A model generated the notes under the pieces. That model had not been told where the DNA came from. It searched no databases and saw nothing but the letters and a program-made list of their open reading frames with translations. 64,000 bases of DNA, from NCBI GenBank assembly GCA_044507735.1, contig JBIQJB010000001.1, positions 220,579-284,578 of the forward strand, written 5' to 3'. Shown piece after piece: positions 1 through 10,213 of this stretch. Each line of letters opens with the position of its first letter. The stretch's first letter is position 1. The stretch comes from Nitrosopumilales archaeon. GTDB lineage: Archaea; Thermoproteota; Nitrososphaeria; Nitrososphaerales; Nitrososphaeraceae. The position numbers and the translations under genes are program-made.

Positions 1-1
1 T

Positions 2-1171
2 TCAAGAAAGGATCACATCGTCACTATCTTGTATGGCGAGCTTGCCAAGATGCTCGGCTACTCCGGAGAGGTCATACAGACAATAGACAAGGCCAAGGAA
101 GACGAGCGTGCGCTTGCGACCTCTTTCTTTAACCCTGGCAAGCAGAATGTCGTCCTTATGCTGGGTATTCAGGGAAGTGGCAAGACCACCGTTACCGCCA
201 AACTGGCAAGATGGCTCACAAAGCATGGCTACAGGGTGGGAGTAGTGGGAGCAGACACATGGCGTCCCGGCGCGCTGACACAGCTAAAGATGAACTGCAG
301 CAAGATCAACGTCGAGGTTTACGGGGAGGAGGATAACAAAGATGCGGTCGCTATTGCGAAAAACGGTCTCGAGCACTTCAAGGATCAAAAACTCGACGTT
401 GTAATAATTGATACTGCTGGGAGACACAAGGAGGAAGAAGGCCTGCTGCAGGAAATGAGCGACATGTACCGGGTCGCAACTCCTGATCTGGTGCTGCTTG
501 TCATCGACGGCACCATAGGTCAGGGCGCGTTCAAACAGGCCGAAGCATTCCACAAGGCGGCGCCTGTAGGGGGCATTGTGATCACAAAGCTGGACGGCAC
601 CGCCAAAGGAGGTGGCGCACTGGCTGCATCGGCTGCGACAGGCGCAAAGGTGATGTTCATCGGCACTGGAGAGCGTATTGACGATCTTGAACAGTTCTCG
701 CCAACGGGATTTGTTGGCAGATTGCTTGGTATGGGCGATATCAAAGCGCTTTTGGAGATGGCAAGAGGACTTGAGCTTCAGGCAGATGAAAACCAAGTGA
801 AGCGCTTGATGAGTGGCAAGATGACAATAGAGGACTTTTACTCCCAGATGGAGCAGGTGAGCAAGATGGGATTTAGGAATGTGATAGAAAACCTGCCGGG
901 GCTCTCAGGCATGGTCAAAGAAGATCAGCTTGATGCCATGCAGGTAAGAATGGAAAGATGGCGGTTTATCATACAATCTATGACAAAAGAGGAAAAGAAA
1001 GACCCCGATATCATCAACGAGTCGAGAAGAAAGCGCATAGCAAGAGGCTGTGGATTGCCAGAGAGCGAGATCAAGGCCATGATCAAACAATATAACGATT
1101 CTAAGACGATGATGAAGCAATCAAAGGGGAGACAGATGCAGGGGCTCTTGAGGAGATTTGGTCTTGGTTGA
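2..1171 (+). CDS. srp54: Signal recognition particle 54 kDa protein (5'-partial; frame is open from the window edge)
   Basis: GIQGSGKTT P-loop, DTWRPGA, DTAGR and TKLDGTAKGGG motifs; Met-rich M domain with SRRKRIARG. Confidence 0.97.
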   Translation, partial: SRKDHIVTILYGELAKMLGYSGEVIQTIDKAKEDERALATSFFNPGKQNVVLMLGIQGSGKTTVTAKLARWLTKHGYRVGVVGADTWRPGALTQLKMNCSKINVEVYGEEDNKDAVAIAKNGLEHFKDQKLDVVIIDTAGRHKEEEGLLQEMSDMYRVATPDLVLLVIDGTIGQGAFKQAEAFHKAAPVGGIVITKLDGTAKGGGALAASAATGAKVMFIGTGERIDDLEQFSPTGFVGRLLGMGDIKALLEMARGLELQADENQVKRLMSGKMTIEDFYSQMEQVSKMGFRNVIENLPGLSGMVKEDQLDAMQVRMERWRFIIQSMTKEEKKDPDIINESRRKRIARGCGLPESEIKAMIKQYNDSKTMMKQSKGRQMQGLLRRFGLG

Positions 1172-2258
1172 TGCCCGGACCATTTTATCGCTAAAGAAGC
1201 ATTACAAGCTCTGCAAGCAATGTTCTGAAAGACATGGCTTCGCGGGAGCACGATCCGAGGATCAATGCTACATATGCCGCGGCCTCATGGATGACATTGA
1301 CTCAATTGCAAAAAAGATACTCCGCGCTATGAAGGGGTATGAATTTGATACCTTCCTTATCGGTGCGACTTTGCCAACCCAGATATATGAGCGGGAGGAT
1401 GCTCTGAGGGCTCGCCTGAAAATACGCGGTGTGGAGAGTGCCAAGAACCAGCTAACACGCGAGCTTGGGATGCGGCTCAGCCGGCTTTTGAGAAAAAGAG
1501 TGGATTATTTGAAACCAGATGTTACGGTAAACTTGGCAATAGACAAGGAAAATAACATAGACATTGCAATCAAGTCAAGGCCTCTTGCAATTGCTGGCAA
1601 GTATGTCAAGACTGTGCGCGGCATCTCTCAAAAGCAAGACAGATGCCCAAGTTGCGAAGGCAGAGGTTGCGATTCCTGCAAGTATTCCGGGCTGTCTGGC
1701 TTTGACAGCATTGAAGGCGCAATTGCTGATGGGCTGATCGAAATGACCGGCGGCCAGACGCCGAAATTCTCTTGGATCGGAAGCGAAGATCAGGGCAGCT
1801 TGGTCCTCGGAAGCGGCAGGCCATTTTACGCCCGAGTATTCAACCCAAAGAAAAGGAATCTGAAAAAGAAACAGATTAGAAAAGCAGGAATCATGCGGGC
1901 CACGATCTCTGTCCTCAAAGAAGAGCCAAAGCTCCAGCCTCGCTTCAGGGTCAGGACAAGGATTCACGCAAGATGCGAAAGAGAAATAACAAAAGGGGAC
2001 ATCAAGAAGCTTGGTGCACTCGCTGGCGCAGAAGTGAACTTTGAGAACAAATTCAAGACGGCGACCAAAAAGATCTATTCAGCCCGCGCTCGCAAAATCG
2101 ACGACAAACAATTCATGCTTGCTATAGTAGCTGATGGAGGCCTGATGATAAAACAGTTTGTCGGAGGCGAAGAATACATGAAGCCAAACGTTTCGGAGAT
2201 CGTTGGCGCCAAGTGCGAATGCATCTCATTCGACGTTCTTGACGTTTCGCTTCAGTAA
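1158..2258 (+). CDS. pus10: tRNA pseudouridine synthase Pus10
   Basis: N-terminal CxxC...CxxC, THUMP-like region, GSED...LGSGRPF catalytic segment, ADGGLMIKQFVGG...PNVS C-terminus; overlaps the srp54 stop. Confidence 0.88.
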   Translation: MVLVDARTILSLKKHYKLCKQCSERHGFAGARSEDQCYICRGLMDDIDSIAKKILRAMKGYEFDTFLIGATLPTQIYEREDALRARLKIRGVESAKNQLTRELGMRLSRLLRKRVDYLKPDVTVNLAIDKENNIDIAIKSRPLAIAGKYVKTVRGISQKQDRCPSCEGRGCDSCKYSGLSGFDSIEGAIADGLIEMTGGQTPKFSWIGSEDQGSLVLGSGRPFYARVFNPKKRNLKKKQIRKAGIMRATISVLKEEPKLQPRFRVRTRIHARCEREITKGDIKKLGALAGAEVNFENKFKTATKKIYSARARKIDDKQFMLAIVADGGLMIKQFVGGEEYMKPNVSEIVGAKCECISFDVLDVSLQ

Positions 2259-2299
2259 CGTTTTTGTTTCAGAGGGGCAACATCTGTCAGCGGCAGCAG

Positions 2300-3022
2300 A
2301 TGAGCAATTTTGATCCGCTCTACAAGGTTCACGACGCATTCAAATCGGGCCAGATCCAAAAAAAGATCTACGACCTTGTAGTCGAAAGGTTCCCCCTCGT
2401 TCTGGAAGGCATAAAGAGGGTGGAAGAAGCATCCGGCTTGAAATATCCATATTATTATGTTGAGCCGAGTCTTGTGGTTTCAACATCGGCAGTTGAGTTT
2501 ACCCAGATGGGGATTTTGTTTGCAAGGACGATACCCGTCGTTGGTGATGATAACCTGCTGCGCGTGGTTGTCCAGATTACCGCTCCGCTCATCGCGCATG
2601 GTCTCAAGGGAACGATACATGCAATACTCGCTCACGAGTTCATGCACTATCTGGAGCTTGTGAGCAGGATAGTCAAGATGAAGGTAATATCAGATGAGGT
2701 ATCCGGCACACTTTTCGAAGGGACGTATGCAGATTCCTCCAGACTGCTTGACGAGCGCGCAGTGTTCAAGTCGGATCCTACTCTGATACGGCATATTACC
2801 GCCCGGTTCCCGGAGGGGTTCAGGGACATCAAGCTTGAGGACAAAGTGATCAAGATGTGGATGAATAAGGGTCTGCCTACAACAAAGGTTCCGATCGATG
2901 CAAACGTGATCAAGATCCCGATTGAGGCCATGGCAAGGCTGCAGGTAGAGCAGGTGGTGAAAGATAAGATTACCGAGTTTGAAAGCGTGAAACTGCGAAA
3001 GAAAAAGACAGGTTATGTCTAG
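2300..3022 (+). CDS. Conserved hypothetical protein with HExxH zincin motif
   Basis: ILAHEFMHYLE motif; ATG 2300 preferred over TTG 2264. Confidence 0.7.
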   Translation: MSNFDPLYKVHDAFKSGQIQKKIYDLVVERFPLVLEGIKRVEEASGLKYPYYYVEPSLVVSTSAVEFTQMGILFARTIPVVGDDNLLRVVVQITAPLIAHGLKGTIHAILAHEFMHYLELVSRIVKMKVISDEVSGTLFEGTYADSSRLLDERAVFKSDPTLIRHITARFPEGFRDIKLEDKVIKMWMNKGLPTTKVPIDANVIKIPIEAMARLQVEQVVKDKITEFESVKLRKKKTGYV

Positions 3023-4664
3023 TATTTCGCCTCAAGAACTTCAAGTCATCAGACAGTGCATCGGCAAAGTTGCAAAGAGACACATCGTTTCAGCCTTGTG
3101 CATTTACGGATCCCGTGTAGCAGGCTATGCCAGGCCTGACAGTGATATCGACATACTTGCTGTACTCGAAAATTATCCCTATATTGTCAAGTACGCCTAC
3201 TTTACCGAGGAAGGAACAAAGCTATCAGTCCTCGCAGTTGACAAGAAGGCCCTAGAACGCGATGCAAGGACCGGCTTTCTTGGAGAATTTGTTGTAGGCC
3301 GGTTGCTACACATTTACGAGCCTATTGTCAATGCAGAATTTCTTGCAGCGATCGAGCGGGTCTACAAGCGGCGAGTCATCCTCGAAGAGGTACAGGACAT
3401 TGTCAGTTCCGCTGGCGTTCTGAGCACCGAGATCAGCTTCCCCTTGGAATTTGTAGCCTTTTCCAAGATAAAGCGGAGGATGTCGCTTTATCCAAGTGCC
3501 GCGTACAGCTACCAAAAAACATACAGCAACAAGGATAACCCAGTGAACAACAAACGAAATCTGGAATTCGCACTTGATGGTTATCAAAAGGCATTATCTG
3601 ACATCATCGACGAAGACAACGGTCTGTTTCTGCCAAGGATGGATGGTCTCCTGCAGATTTCAGATAAACGCGTACTTGTGGAAGAGACCAGAACGCGTCT
3701 TAAGCTGACCCGGAGATTGCAGGAATTCAGCTCCTATTTTGTGCATACCTACGCAGGGAGGAAGATCATGCATCTTGCAATAGCAGAGGCAGAATCAAAG
3801 ATCAGGAGGCGCACCAAAGCCGTTAATCTTCCCAGATTCATGGCCTGTCCGAGAGGCGCGTACTGGCAACTTCCTGAAGGCAAGTTGGTGGTTGACAGCA
3901 GGGATTGGCTTGGAGATCTAGGATTTTCGGTTGTCGGAAAGAGGCGTCTTGGCAATTTTCAAAGCAGGACTGTTCTGCACGAATTGCAGGACGGGAGGAA
4001 GATTGTCGTCAAAGAGCTTGCTAGGACGAAGGCTGCCAAGTGGGCAGCACTGAGCATCTGGACATCGCCGGTAAAAAGGAGGTTCAGGGTGAATCCGCTT
4101 CTCAGGCTCGGCTTTGAGTACAAGGCCCTCCGGCACATCCGGAGTCTCGGCCTTCATACACCTATGATAGTAGCAATAGTTCTTGACAGGAAGCTCTTGG
4201 TCACGCAATTTATCGAAGGCATGACGCTGGCAGAAGTGGTGAAGGCATACCTTAGGGGAAAAGGAGAGGAAAAACATAGTTTGCTACTCTATCAGGCCGG
4301 TGAGCAGATTGGCAAAATCCACAGCTCAGGGGGAGCATTTGGCAATGTCAAGCCCAAGAATATTATTGCAAGTAGAGATAGTGGTGACCTCTATTTCACA
4401 GATGTTGAGCAGTTTGTCTTCCAGGATGGGGATCCCGCATGGGATATTGCGCAATTTGTCAGCTGGAGCCTAAAGGGCAATCCTGACGTGGAGAGGGCTG
4501 CTGAAGTGACAAGGGAATTTCTGCACGGCTATGTTAGCGCTACAGGTACTGTAAACATTGTCCGCCTTTACAAGAACCGGCGCTACATCGAGTCGTTTTA
4601 CCCGGTGCTAACACCCAACGTGGCACGGGCGATCAAAAAAGAGATCAAAGAAATTGCGAATTAG
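3015..4664 (+). CDS. Pol-beta-type nucleotidyltransferase fused to a Kdo/RIO-like (pseudo)kinase domain
   Basis: N-terminal YGSRVAG...DSDIDI; C-terminal IVVK, alphaC Glu (FEYKAL), FGNVKPKNII, FTDVEQ, WDIAQF. Confidence 0.8.
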   Translation: MSSISPQELQVIRQCIGKVAKRHIVSALCIYGSRVAGYARPDSDIDILAVLENYPYIVKYAYFTEEGTKLSVLAVDKKALERDARTGFLGEFVVGRLLHIYEPIVNAEFLAAIERVYKRRVILEEVQDIVSSAGVLSTEISFPLEFVAFSKIKRRMSLYPSAAYSYQKTYSNKDNPVNNKRNLEFALDGYQKALSDIIDEDNGLFLPRMDGLLQISDKRVLVEETRTRLKLTRRLQEFSSYFVHTYAGRKIMHLAIAEAESKIRRRTKAVNLPRFMACPRGAYWQLPEGKLVVDSRDWLGDLGFSVVGKRRLGNFQSRTVLHELQDGRKIVVKELARTKAAKWAALSIWTSPVKRRFRVNPLLRLGFEYKALRHIRSLGLHTPMIVAIVLDRKLLVTQFIEGMTLAEVVKAYLRGKGEEKHSLLLYQAGEQIGKIHSSGGAFGNVKPKNIIASRDSGDLYFTDVEQFVFQDGDPAWDIAQFVSWSLKGNPDVERAAEVTREFLHGYVSATGTVNIVRLYKNRRYIESFYPVLTPNVARAIKKEIKEIAN

Positions 4665-4678
4665 ATTTTTTTTCGTTT

Positions 4679-4888
4679 CTACTTTTTCCCTTTCTTGGCA
4701 GTATCTTTGTGAGTGAACTCGGTATACCCACACTTGCCACAGGTAAACCTGTCCTTGTGTTCGGCCATGAATGTGCCCTTTCCGCAGCGGGGGCAGTCAC
4801 GCCTAGTACGGGTAACCTTGTCTCCTGCAACCTTGTAGAACTTGTATACTGCAACCTCGCCTTTAGCCGGAGCTTTCTTGTCCGCCAT
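4679..4888 (-). CDS. rps27ae: 30S ribosomal protein S27ae
   Basis: CPRCG...[15 protein letters not shown] zinc ribbon. Confidence 0.96.
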   Translation of the reverse strand: MADKKAPAKGEVAVYKFYKVAGDKVTRTRRDCPRCGKGTFMAEHKDRFTCGKCGYTEFTHKDTAKKGKK

Positions 4889-4890
4889 TG

Positions 4891-5280
4891 CTACTTCTTG
4901 GCACCTCCGCCCTTGGATGCTGTTGCTTCCTGCTTGGCCTTAAGCTTAGCGGCCTTTTCTTCGTCAAGGATCTTCTTGCGTTCTTCTTTTGGCATTGTCC
5001 TTAGAATTCTATACCGTGGCAGCTGTTTTGCTGCTTCCTTTTCGTCGTCATAGACGTAAAAGAGCGCATGCACGTCGGTCATGCCAGTTTCACATACAAG
5101 ATTAACCGGGATAACTTGCTTTTTATCGACACTAAGCTGGCTCGCAATCTTTTCAGCGGCCTCGATTCTCTTGATCTTGCCGGCAGCTCCCTTGAACAGA
5201 GCCCTTACCTCCCGCCTGTTCAGAAGTGAGTTCTTGCGGTCTTCCAGCGTCACGATTTCCTGATTGGACAAATCAGACAA
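4891..5280 (-). CDS. rps24e: 30S ribosomal protein S24e
   Basis: NSLLNRREV motif; canonical S24e-S27ae gene order. Confidence 0.9.
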   Translation of the reverse strand: MSDLSNQEIVTLEDRKNSLLNRREVRALFKGAAGKIKRIEAAEKIASQLSVDKKQVIPVNLVCETGMTDVHALFYVYDDEKEAAKQLPRYRILRTMPKEERKKILDEEKAAKLKAKQEATASKGGGAKK

Positions 5281-5826
5281 AATCGTTCCTGTAACTCATA
5301 TAAGTATTTGCTTATGCTATGCTGTTCCATGGTTTGCAATGACTCCCGAGTACTCTTCTTAGTAGTATTCAACTCAGACATGCCGCGAGTGGTATGTCAT
5401 GAGGTATACAGAAGAATTCAATTAGATCAGGTTCCATGAAGCCCTTCAGACTATGTGAAGAACCGTGTCGTTACTCTGCCATTTCTCCTCTTCCTGTGTG
5501 GGGCTGTTGCTGGTCTAGACAGCCGACGTCAAGGGCTTGTTCACTCAATCTCTCACAGGGTTGCTGATTGGCTTTCTTTCTTGAAACTGGGTTGTTGACC
5601 CCGGATGATATCTCACATTCATGCCCGCTTGCGCGTTGCGTGGCGACCGCATTGTTATTGACTTGGTGCACAGCGGCCTATGCGGCAGAGGTTGATGCTG
5701 GTGATCCTGGTGAGAGATTGCGAGAGGCTTGCGTGGGTGTGTGTGCTGATTGTTCCGCGCTGACTGATCCTCCATCCTCTATTACACGAAAATCAAATAT
5801 ACCCAACACATGAAGAGAGAAGTTGA

Positions 5827-6234
5827 ATGAAGCCATTCTTCCAAGAATTTTGCGACAAGGTGATCACGCTTGACCGGTCTGTCAGGTTTGCCGGCATTGC
5901 CGACGAGGACGGCAAGCTCGTGGCAACTGCCGAGAGGAAGGGGCTAAAACCGCTCCTGTCCGCGGAAGAGAGGGCTCAGTATGCCATCACTGCGGCCACC
6001 CGCCAATACACTAGACTCAGATGGGAATATCTGTTGGGCAAGATTAACTATGCAATGTCTCACTATGCCAAACTGATAAGGGCGACGATCCCGATAGCCG
6101 ACGAGAACAGCAGATTGTCGTATGTACTCCTGCTATCCTTCGATGTCGACGCGGAGAATGTCCACGAGGTAATCATGAAAAAGATAATCCCTCTTGTTCG
6201 CGAAAACACCAGCAGATTCCTGCACGACGGCTAG
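5827..6234 (+). CDS. DUF6659-like (roadblock/longin-like) thaumarchaeal protein
   Basis: CDKVITLDRSVRFAGI...GKLV...RKGLKPLL...GKINYAMSHYAKLIRATIP pattern; paralog at 34268-34657. Confidence 0.7.
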   Translation: MKPFFQEFCDKVITLDRSVRFAGIADEDGKLVATAERKGLKPLLSAEERAQYAITAATRQYTRLRWEYLLGKINYAMSHYAKLIRATIPIADENSRLSYVLLLSFDVDAENVHEVIMKKIIPLVRENTSRFLHDG

Positions 6235-6579
6235 GACCGCCTAGCCTTCTAACCGTCCTATTTTCCAGCCGCAGGCACGCTAGTCTGATCTTCTCGCCTA
6301 GATCGAGTCTCTATTGCCCGCCCCCGGAGTTTCGATGACAAGCACAGTTTGATTGCAATACCTGCACCGTAAAGTGGCAGAAGTTTGCAATTCCAACAGT
6401 CTCCGAAAATGTATTTGAATGTACCAAAATCAAAAGGGGTTATGACTGTGTCTTGGTCGTCTGAAGGCCGAAACCCCCAAAGGTGTACGGAAACTGTTCA
6501 GATCACTCCAACGACCTGTAGATCTCTCTCTTGTTAACCCTATTCCCGCAAGTTGCAGTACGATGACTTGTTACAATTG

Positions 6580-6756
6580 CTATGTGTCCGGACTTCCGTC
6601 TCCGTCCATGTCGTGGTCGACTTCATGCAGTTCCTTTTGCTCAATCTCGTCCTTGCTTTCGACCTCTTCAGGCCAGAGTTCTGTCTTGGGAGGTTTCTCA
6701 TCTTCCTTCTTGACTATTGCCTCCTTCGGTACTTCCGGAAATTTCTTGCTGCTCAT
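6580..6756 (-). CDS. Small acidic hydrophilic protein, 58 aa (not in ORF track)
   Basis: Manual translation MSSKKFPEVPKEAIVKKEDEKPPKTELWPEEVESKDEIEQKELHEVDHDMDGDGSPDT*; co-oriented 27 bp downstream of 6784-7080. Confidence 0.65.
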   Translation of the reverse strand: MSSKKFPEVPKEAIVKKEDEKPPKTELWPEEVESKDEIEQKELHEVDHDMDGDGSPDT

Positions 6757-6783
6757 GGTTGAAAAATAAAAAAGGGCGGTCTA

Positions 6784-7080
6784 CTACTTGTTTGTTCCAG
6801 CAGCGCCCTGCTCGTACTGATCGCCGGTCTCTCCAGCGCCTGCTGTCCCCTTAGCCATGCCTTTGCTTCTCGCGACTTCACGTGCCTCTTCCGGATTTCC
6901 GCCTTCCTGACCTTTCTCAACTATCTGTTCAGTCATTTCGCGTTTGACCGCCGTTGGCTCGTGTTCCTGTATCTTCGCAGGGGTCATGGGTTCCTTTTCA
7001 CGGTATTCTTTCGTTGGGTCTTCTCTCCTTCCCTTTTCTGTGCCGGCCGCGCCTTCTTCGTACTCTCTACTTTCTGACAT
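6784..7080 (-). CDS. Hydrophilin/LEA-like intrinsically disordered protein
   Basis: 98 aa, rich in E/G/K/T, almost no aromatics; YEEGAAGT and YEQGAAGT at the two ends. Confidence 0.7.
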   Translation of the reverse strand: MSESREYEEGAAGTEKGRREDPTKEYREKEPMTPAKIQEHEPTAVKREMTEQIVEKGQEGGNPEEAREVARSKGMAKGTAGAGETGDQYEQGAAGTNK

Positions 7081-7168
7081 GACTCCCGCGGCATCAAAGA
7101 CTATTTACTGATTTTGAAACAATGCAAAGGTATATTTTTCATAGCCGGCGAAGTTGGCATAGCAATAC

Positions 7169-8626
7169 ATGCCCTTTGAAAGCCTTGGAGAATACATCGA
7201 TGCACTTGAACAGGCAGGACAGCTCAAGAGGGTTAAGTCAAAAGTTAGCCCACATTTGGAAATAGCCGAGATCATGCGCCGACTGATGTATTCCGACGGC
7301 CCAGCGGTTCTGTTTGAGAATGTCGAGGGCAGCAGTGGCATGCACGTGCTTGGGAATGCATTTGGCAGCATGAAGAGACTTGAAATCGCGCTCGAAATGC
7401 AGGATTTCACCGAGATCGGGAGGCGCATCACGGAGCTGACAAAGATGAAGATGCCATCCGGCATGCTCAATAAGCTAAAGATGCTGCCCAAGCTGTCAGA
7501 GTTAAGCGAATATGGTCCCAAGTATGTTGACAGCGGGCCGGTCACCGAAGTTGTCGAGACTGACAAGGCATCGCTCAACTCAATGCCTGTCCTGAAGTCA
7601 TTTGCAGGCGACGCCGGAAGGTTCATCACTTTTGGGATGACTGTGACAAGACACCCTGAGACAGAGATCCGCAACCTTGGAGTCTATCGAATCCAGGTTG
7701 TTGATGACAAGCATGCCATAATGCACTGGCAGACGCACAAGCGAGGGGCCCAGCACTACAAGATGCTGAAAGAGCAGGGCAAAAAGATCGAAGTGGCAAT
7801 TGTGATCGGGGCAGATCCCGCGACTGTCTTTAGCGCGGTCGCGCCGGTTCCGGAAGGAATGGACAAGTACCTGTTTTCCGGCATTACCCGGAAAAAAGGT
7901 GTAAAGCTGGTAAAGTGCAGGACAGTAGACCTGGAAGTACCTGCAAACTCTGAAATCGTTCTGGAAGGCTACGTAGATCCAAACGACGTAAGGATGGAGG
8001 GCCCCTTTGGTGACCATACCGGGTATTACACACCAGCTGAGCCCTTTCCAACTTTTACACTGACAGGCATAATGAGGCGACAAAACCCGATCTACCTTAC
8101 AACGGTGGTCGGCAAGCCCGTCTTGGAAGATGCCTATATTGGTAAGGTGATCGAGCGGTCGTTCCTCCCGCTCATCCAGATGTTCCACCCTGAAGTGGTT
8201 GATTTCTCGATGCCTGCCGCAGGCTGGTTCCAGGGGCTTGCAATAATGTCGATAAAAAAACAGTACCCTGGGCAGGCGAAGAAGGTCATGATGGGTCTGT
8301 GGGGCATGGGGCAGCTGGCACTGACCAAGATGTTCATCGTAGTAGATCATGATGTCAATGTGCACGACATTAACGACGTTATCTGGGCAGTGACTACCCG
8401 TGCAGACCCAGCGCGTGACACTGTCATTATCAACAACACTCCAACAGATACACTCGACCCTGCCTCGCCACTTGTCAATCTCGGGTCAAAGCTTGGAATA
8501 GACGCTACTACCAAGACTAGAGAGGAAGGATATATGCGTGAAATCCAGCAGCTAGCCACTGTGGACGAAGAAACAAAAGCACTCGTTGACAGAAAATGGC
8601 GCGAGTACTTTAATGGTACTTTATGA
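7169..8626 (+). CDS. ubiD: UbiD-family prFMN decarboxylase (menaquinone biosynthesis)
   Basis: RNLGVYR, EGPFGDHTGYY, DTLDPAS, SKLGIDAT motifs; adjacent to mqn genes. Confidence 0.93.
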   Translation: MPFESLGEYIDALEQAGQLKRVKSKVSPHLEIAEIMRRLMYSDGPAVLFENVEGSSGMHVLGNAFGSMKRLEIALEMQDFTEIGRRITELTKMKMPSGMLNKLKMLPKLSELSEYGPKYVDSGPVTEVVETDKASLNSMPVLKSFAGDAGRFITFGMTVTRHPETEIRNLGVYRIQVVDDKHAIMHWQTHKRGAQHYKMLKEQGKKIEVAIVIGADPATVFSAVAPVPEGMDKYLFSGITRKKGVKLVKCRTVDLEVPANSEIVLEGYVDPNDVRMEGPFGDHTGYYTPAEPFPTFTLTGIMRRQNPIYLTTVVGKPVLEDAYIGKVIERSFLPLIQMFHPEVVDFSMPAAGWFQGLAIMSIKKQYPGQAKKVMMGLWGMGQLALTKMFIVVDHDVNVHDINDVIWAVTTRADPARDTVIINNTPTDTLDPASPLVNLGSKLGIDATTKTREEGYMREIQQLATVDEETKALVDRKWREYFNGTL

Positions 8627-9734
8627 TATTGTAGGAATTATCGCGCTCTGCAACCCTAAAGCCTGCCTGTTTTACGGCCGCAATTATCCTGTCTGATGTC
8701 AACTCTGTCGATCGGGCTCCAGTCGCGCTCACCACTTCTTCGCCAATGAGCGTGCCGCCAAAGTCGTCCGCGCCATAGTTGAGTGCAAGCTGCGCCATGC
8801 CTATGCCATTTGTCAGCCACGATGACTGGAGATGATCGATGAGGCCAAAGTACATTATTCTTGCAATTGCAATCATTTTCAACAATGATAATCCGCCTGC
8901 TGGATACTTGATCTTGCCCTCTGATTGAATCTGGGTCTTGTTTGGCTCAAAGCTCCATGGGATAAAGACAAGAAAGCCGCCAGTCTTTTCCTGCAACTGT
9001 GCTATCTTCATGATGTGTCTGGCCCTCTCTTCCTCTGTGTCCACAGTGCCATACATCATGGTGGCGACAGACTTGAAGCCCAGCTGGTGCGCCTCTTCCA
9101 TTATGCGGAGCCACTCGTGGCTCTTTATCTTGAGAGGGCTGATCTCCTGCTTCACCCGATCTTCCAGGATCTCGGCTCCGCCGCCAGCGAACGTGTCCAT
9201 GCCTGCATCCTTGAGCCTGGCGAGAACTTCTCTTGTGCTGCTGTGTTCGACTTTGGCAATCATGTCTACCTCAGAAGGCGACAGACCATTTATCCCGACG
9301 TCAGGGCACTTTTGCTTTATCGCTCTGAACGCGTCTTCGTAGTACTCCAGTTTCAAGTTTGGGTTATGGCCGCCCTGTATCAGAACCTGTGTTATGCCAA
9401 ACATCTCTCTTGACATAGCCACTCGTTTGACAATGTCTTCTATCGGCACAGTGTAAGACTCTTCGTGACCGGGCGGGCGGTAAAAGGCACAGAATTTGCA
9501 ATAGGTGACACAGACATTGGTGTAGTTGAGTATGATGTTGTTGATGAATGTGATGGTGTCGCCAAACAGTCGCTGCCTGAGGACATTTGCAACAAGGCCC
9601 ATTGAATGGACGTCGTCTGACTTCATCAACCTGATGCAGTCATTGAGGCCAGGCCGGCTGCCTGCAAGTACGCCTTCAAGAATGTCGCTGATATCTGACT
9701 TTTTGAGAAAATCTGTGAGCAGCCTGTTTTGCAA
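8610..9734 (-). CDS. mqnC: Cyclic dehypoxanthinyl futalosine synthase (radical SAM)
   Basis: NYTNVCVTYCKFCAF, QGGHNP, GGGAEI, LQSSWLTNG...GADDFGGT. Confidence 0.88.
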   Translation of the reverse strand: MQNRLLTDFLKKSDISDILEGVLAGSRPGLNDCIRLMKSDDVHSMGLVANVLRQRLFGDTITFINNIILNYTNVCVTYCKFCAFYRPPGHEESYTVPIEDIVKRVAMSREMFGITQVLIQGGHNPNLKLEYYEDAFRAIKQKCPDVGINGLSPSEVDMIAKVEHSSTREVLARLKDAGMDTFAGGGAEILEDRVKQEISPLKIKSHEWLRIMEEAHQLGFKSVATMMYGTVDTEEERARHIMKIAQLQEKTGGFLVFIPWSFEPNKTQIQSEGKIKYPAGGLSLLKMIAIARIMYFGLIDHLQSSWLTNGIGMAQLALNYGADDFGGTLIGEEVVSATGARSTELTSDRIIAAVKQAGFRVAERDNSYNIIKYH

Positions 9735-9818
9735 GTGTTAACGCGGTTGTGGGGTCGTCAATGGTATTTAATCGTTTTATGCCACAACCTTAAGATACAA
9801 GACTGCGATCAGCTGATT

Positions 9819-10187
9819 GTGGCTGCAGACAAGCTAACAGAACTCGCCAACCACAAGTACATGAACCTAGAGACTTACAGGAAGAATGGTCAGCCGGTCA
9901 GGACACCTGTGTGGTTCATGATCGATAACAATGTGATTTATGTCGTGACTACAGCTGACACCGGCAAGGTCAAGCGCTTGCGCAACAATCCTGCAGTGCG
10001 CATAATGCCAAGCGGCTTCAGGGGAGAACCCAAGGGCGAGTGGATGGAAGGAAGAGCCAGGTTTGCTGAGGGGGCTGAAGCAGAGCGGGCAATAGAGTTG
10101 CGCAAGAAAAGATATGGACTTCAGGCAAGGCTTGTTGGTCTCATCCGGGACGCGACCACTGTTATTGCTATACAGCTACTGGATTAA
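9819..10187 (+). CDS. PPOX-class F420-dependent oxidoreductase
   Basis: YMNLETYRKNGQPVRTPVWF...GKVKRLRNNPAV; GTG 9819 preferred as start. Confidence 0.85.
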   Translation: MAADKLTELANHKYMNLETYRKNGQPVRTPVWFMIDNNVIYVVTTADTGKVKRLRNNPAVRIMPSGFRGEPKGEWMEGRARFAEGAEAERAIELRKKRYGLQARLVGLIRDATTVIAIQLLD

Positions 10188-10213
10188 CAACAATTTATAA
10201 CCGACTCTGACCC

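Noticed and set aside
5471-5813. Minus-strand frame with an in-frame TAG (possible read-through or pyrrolysine)
   Set aside because: No recognisable family or recoding machinery in view; more likely decayed or non-coding sequence
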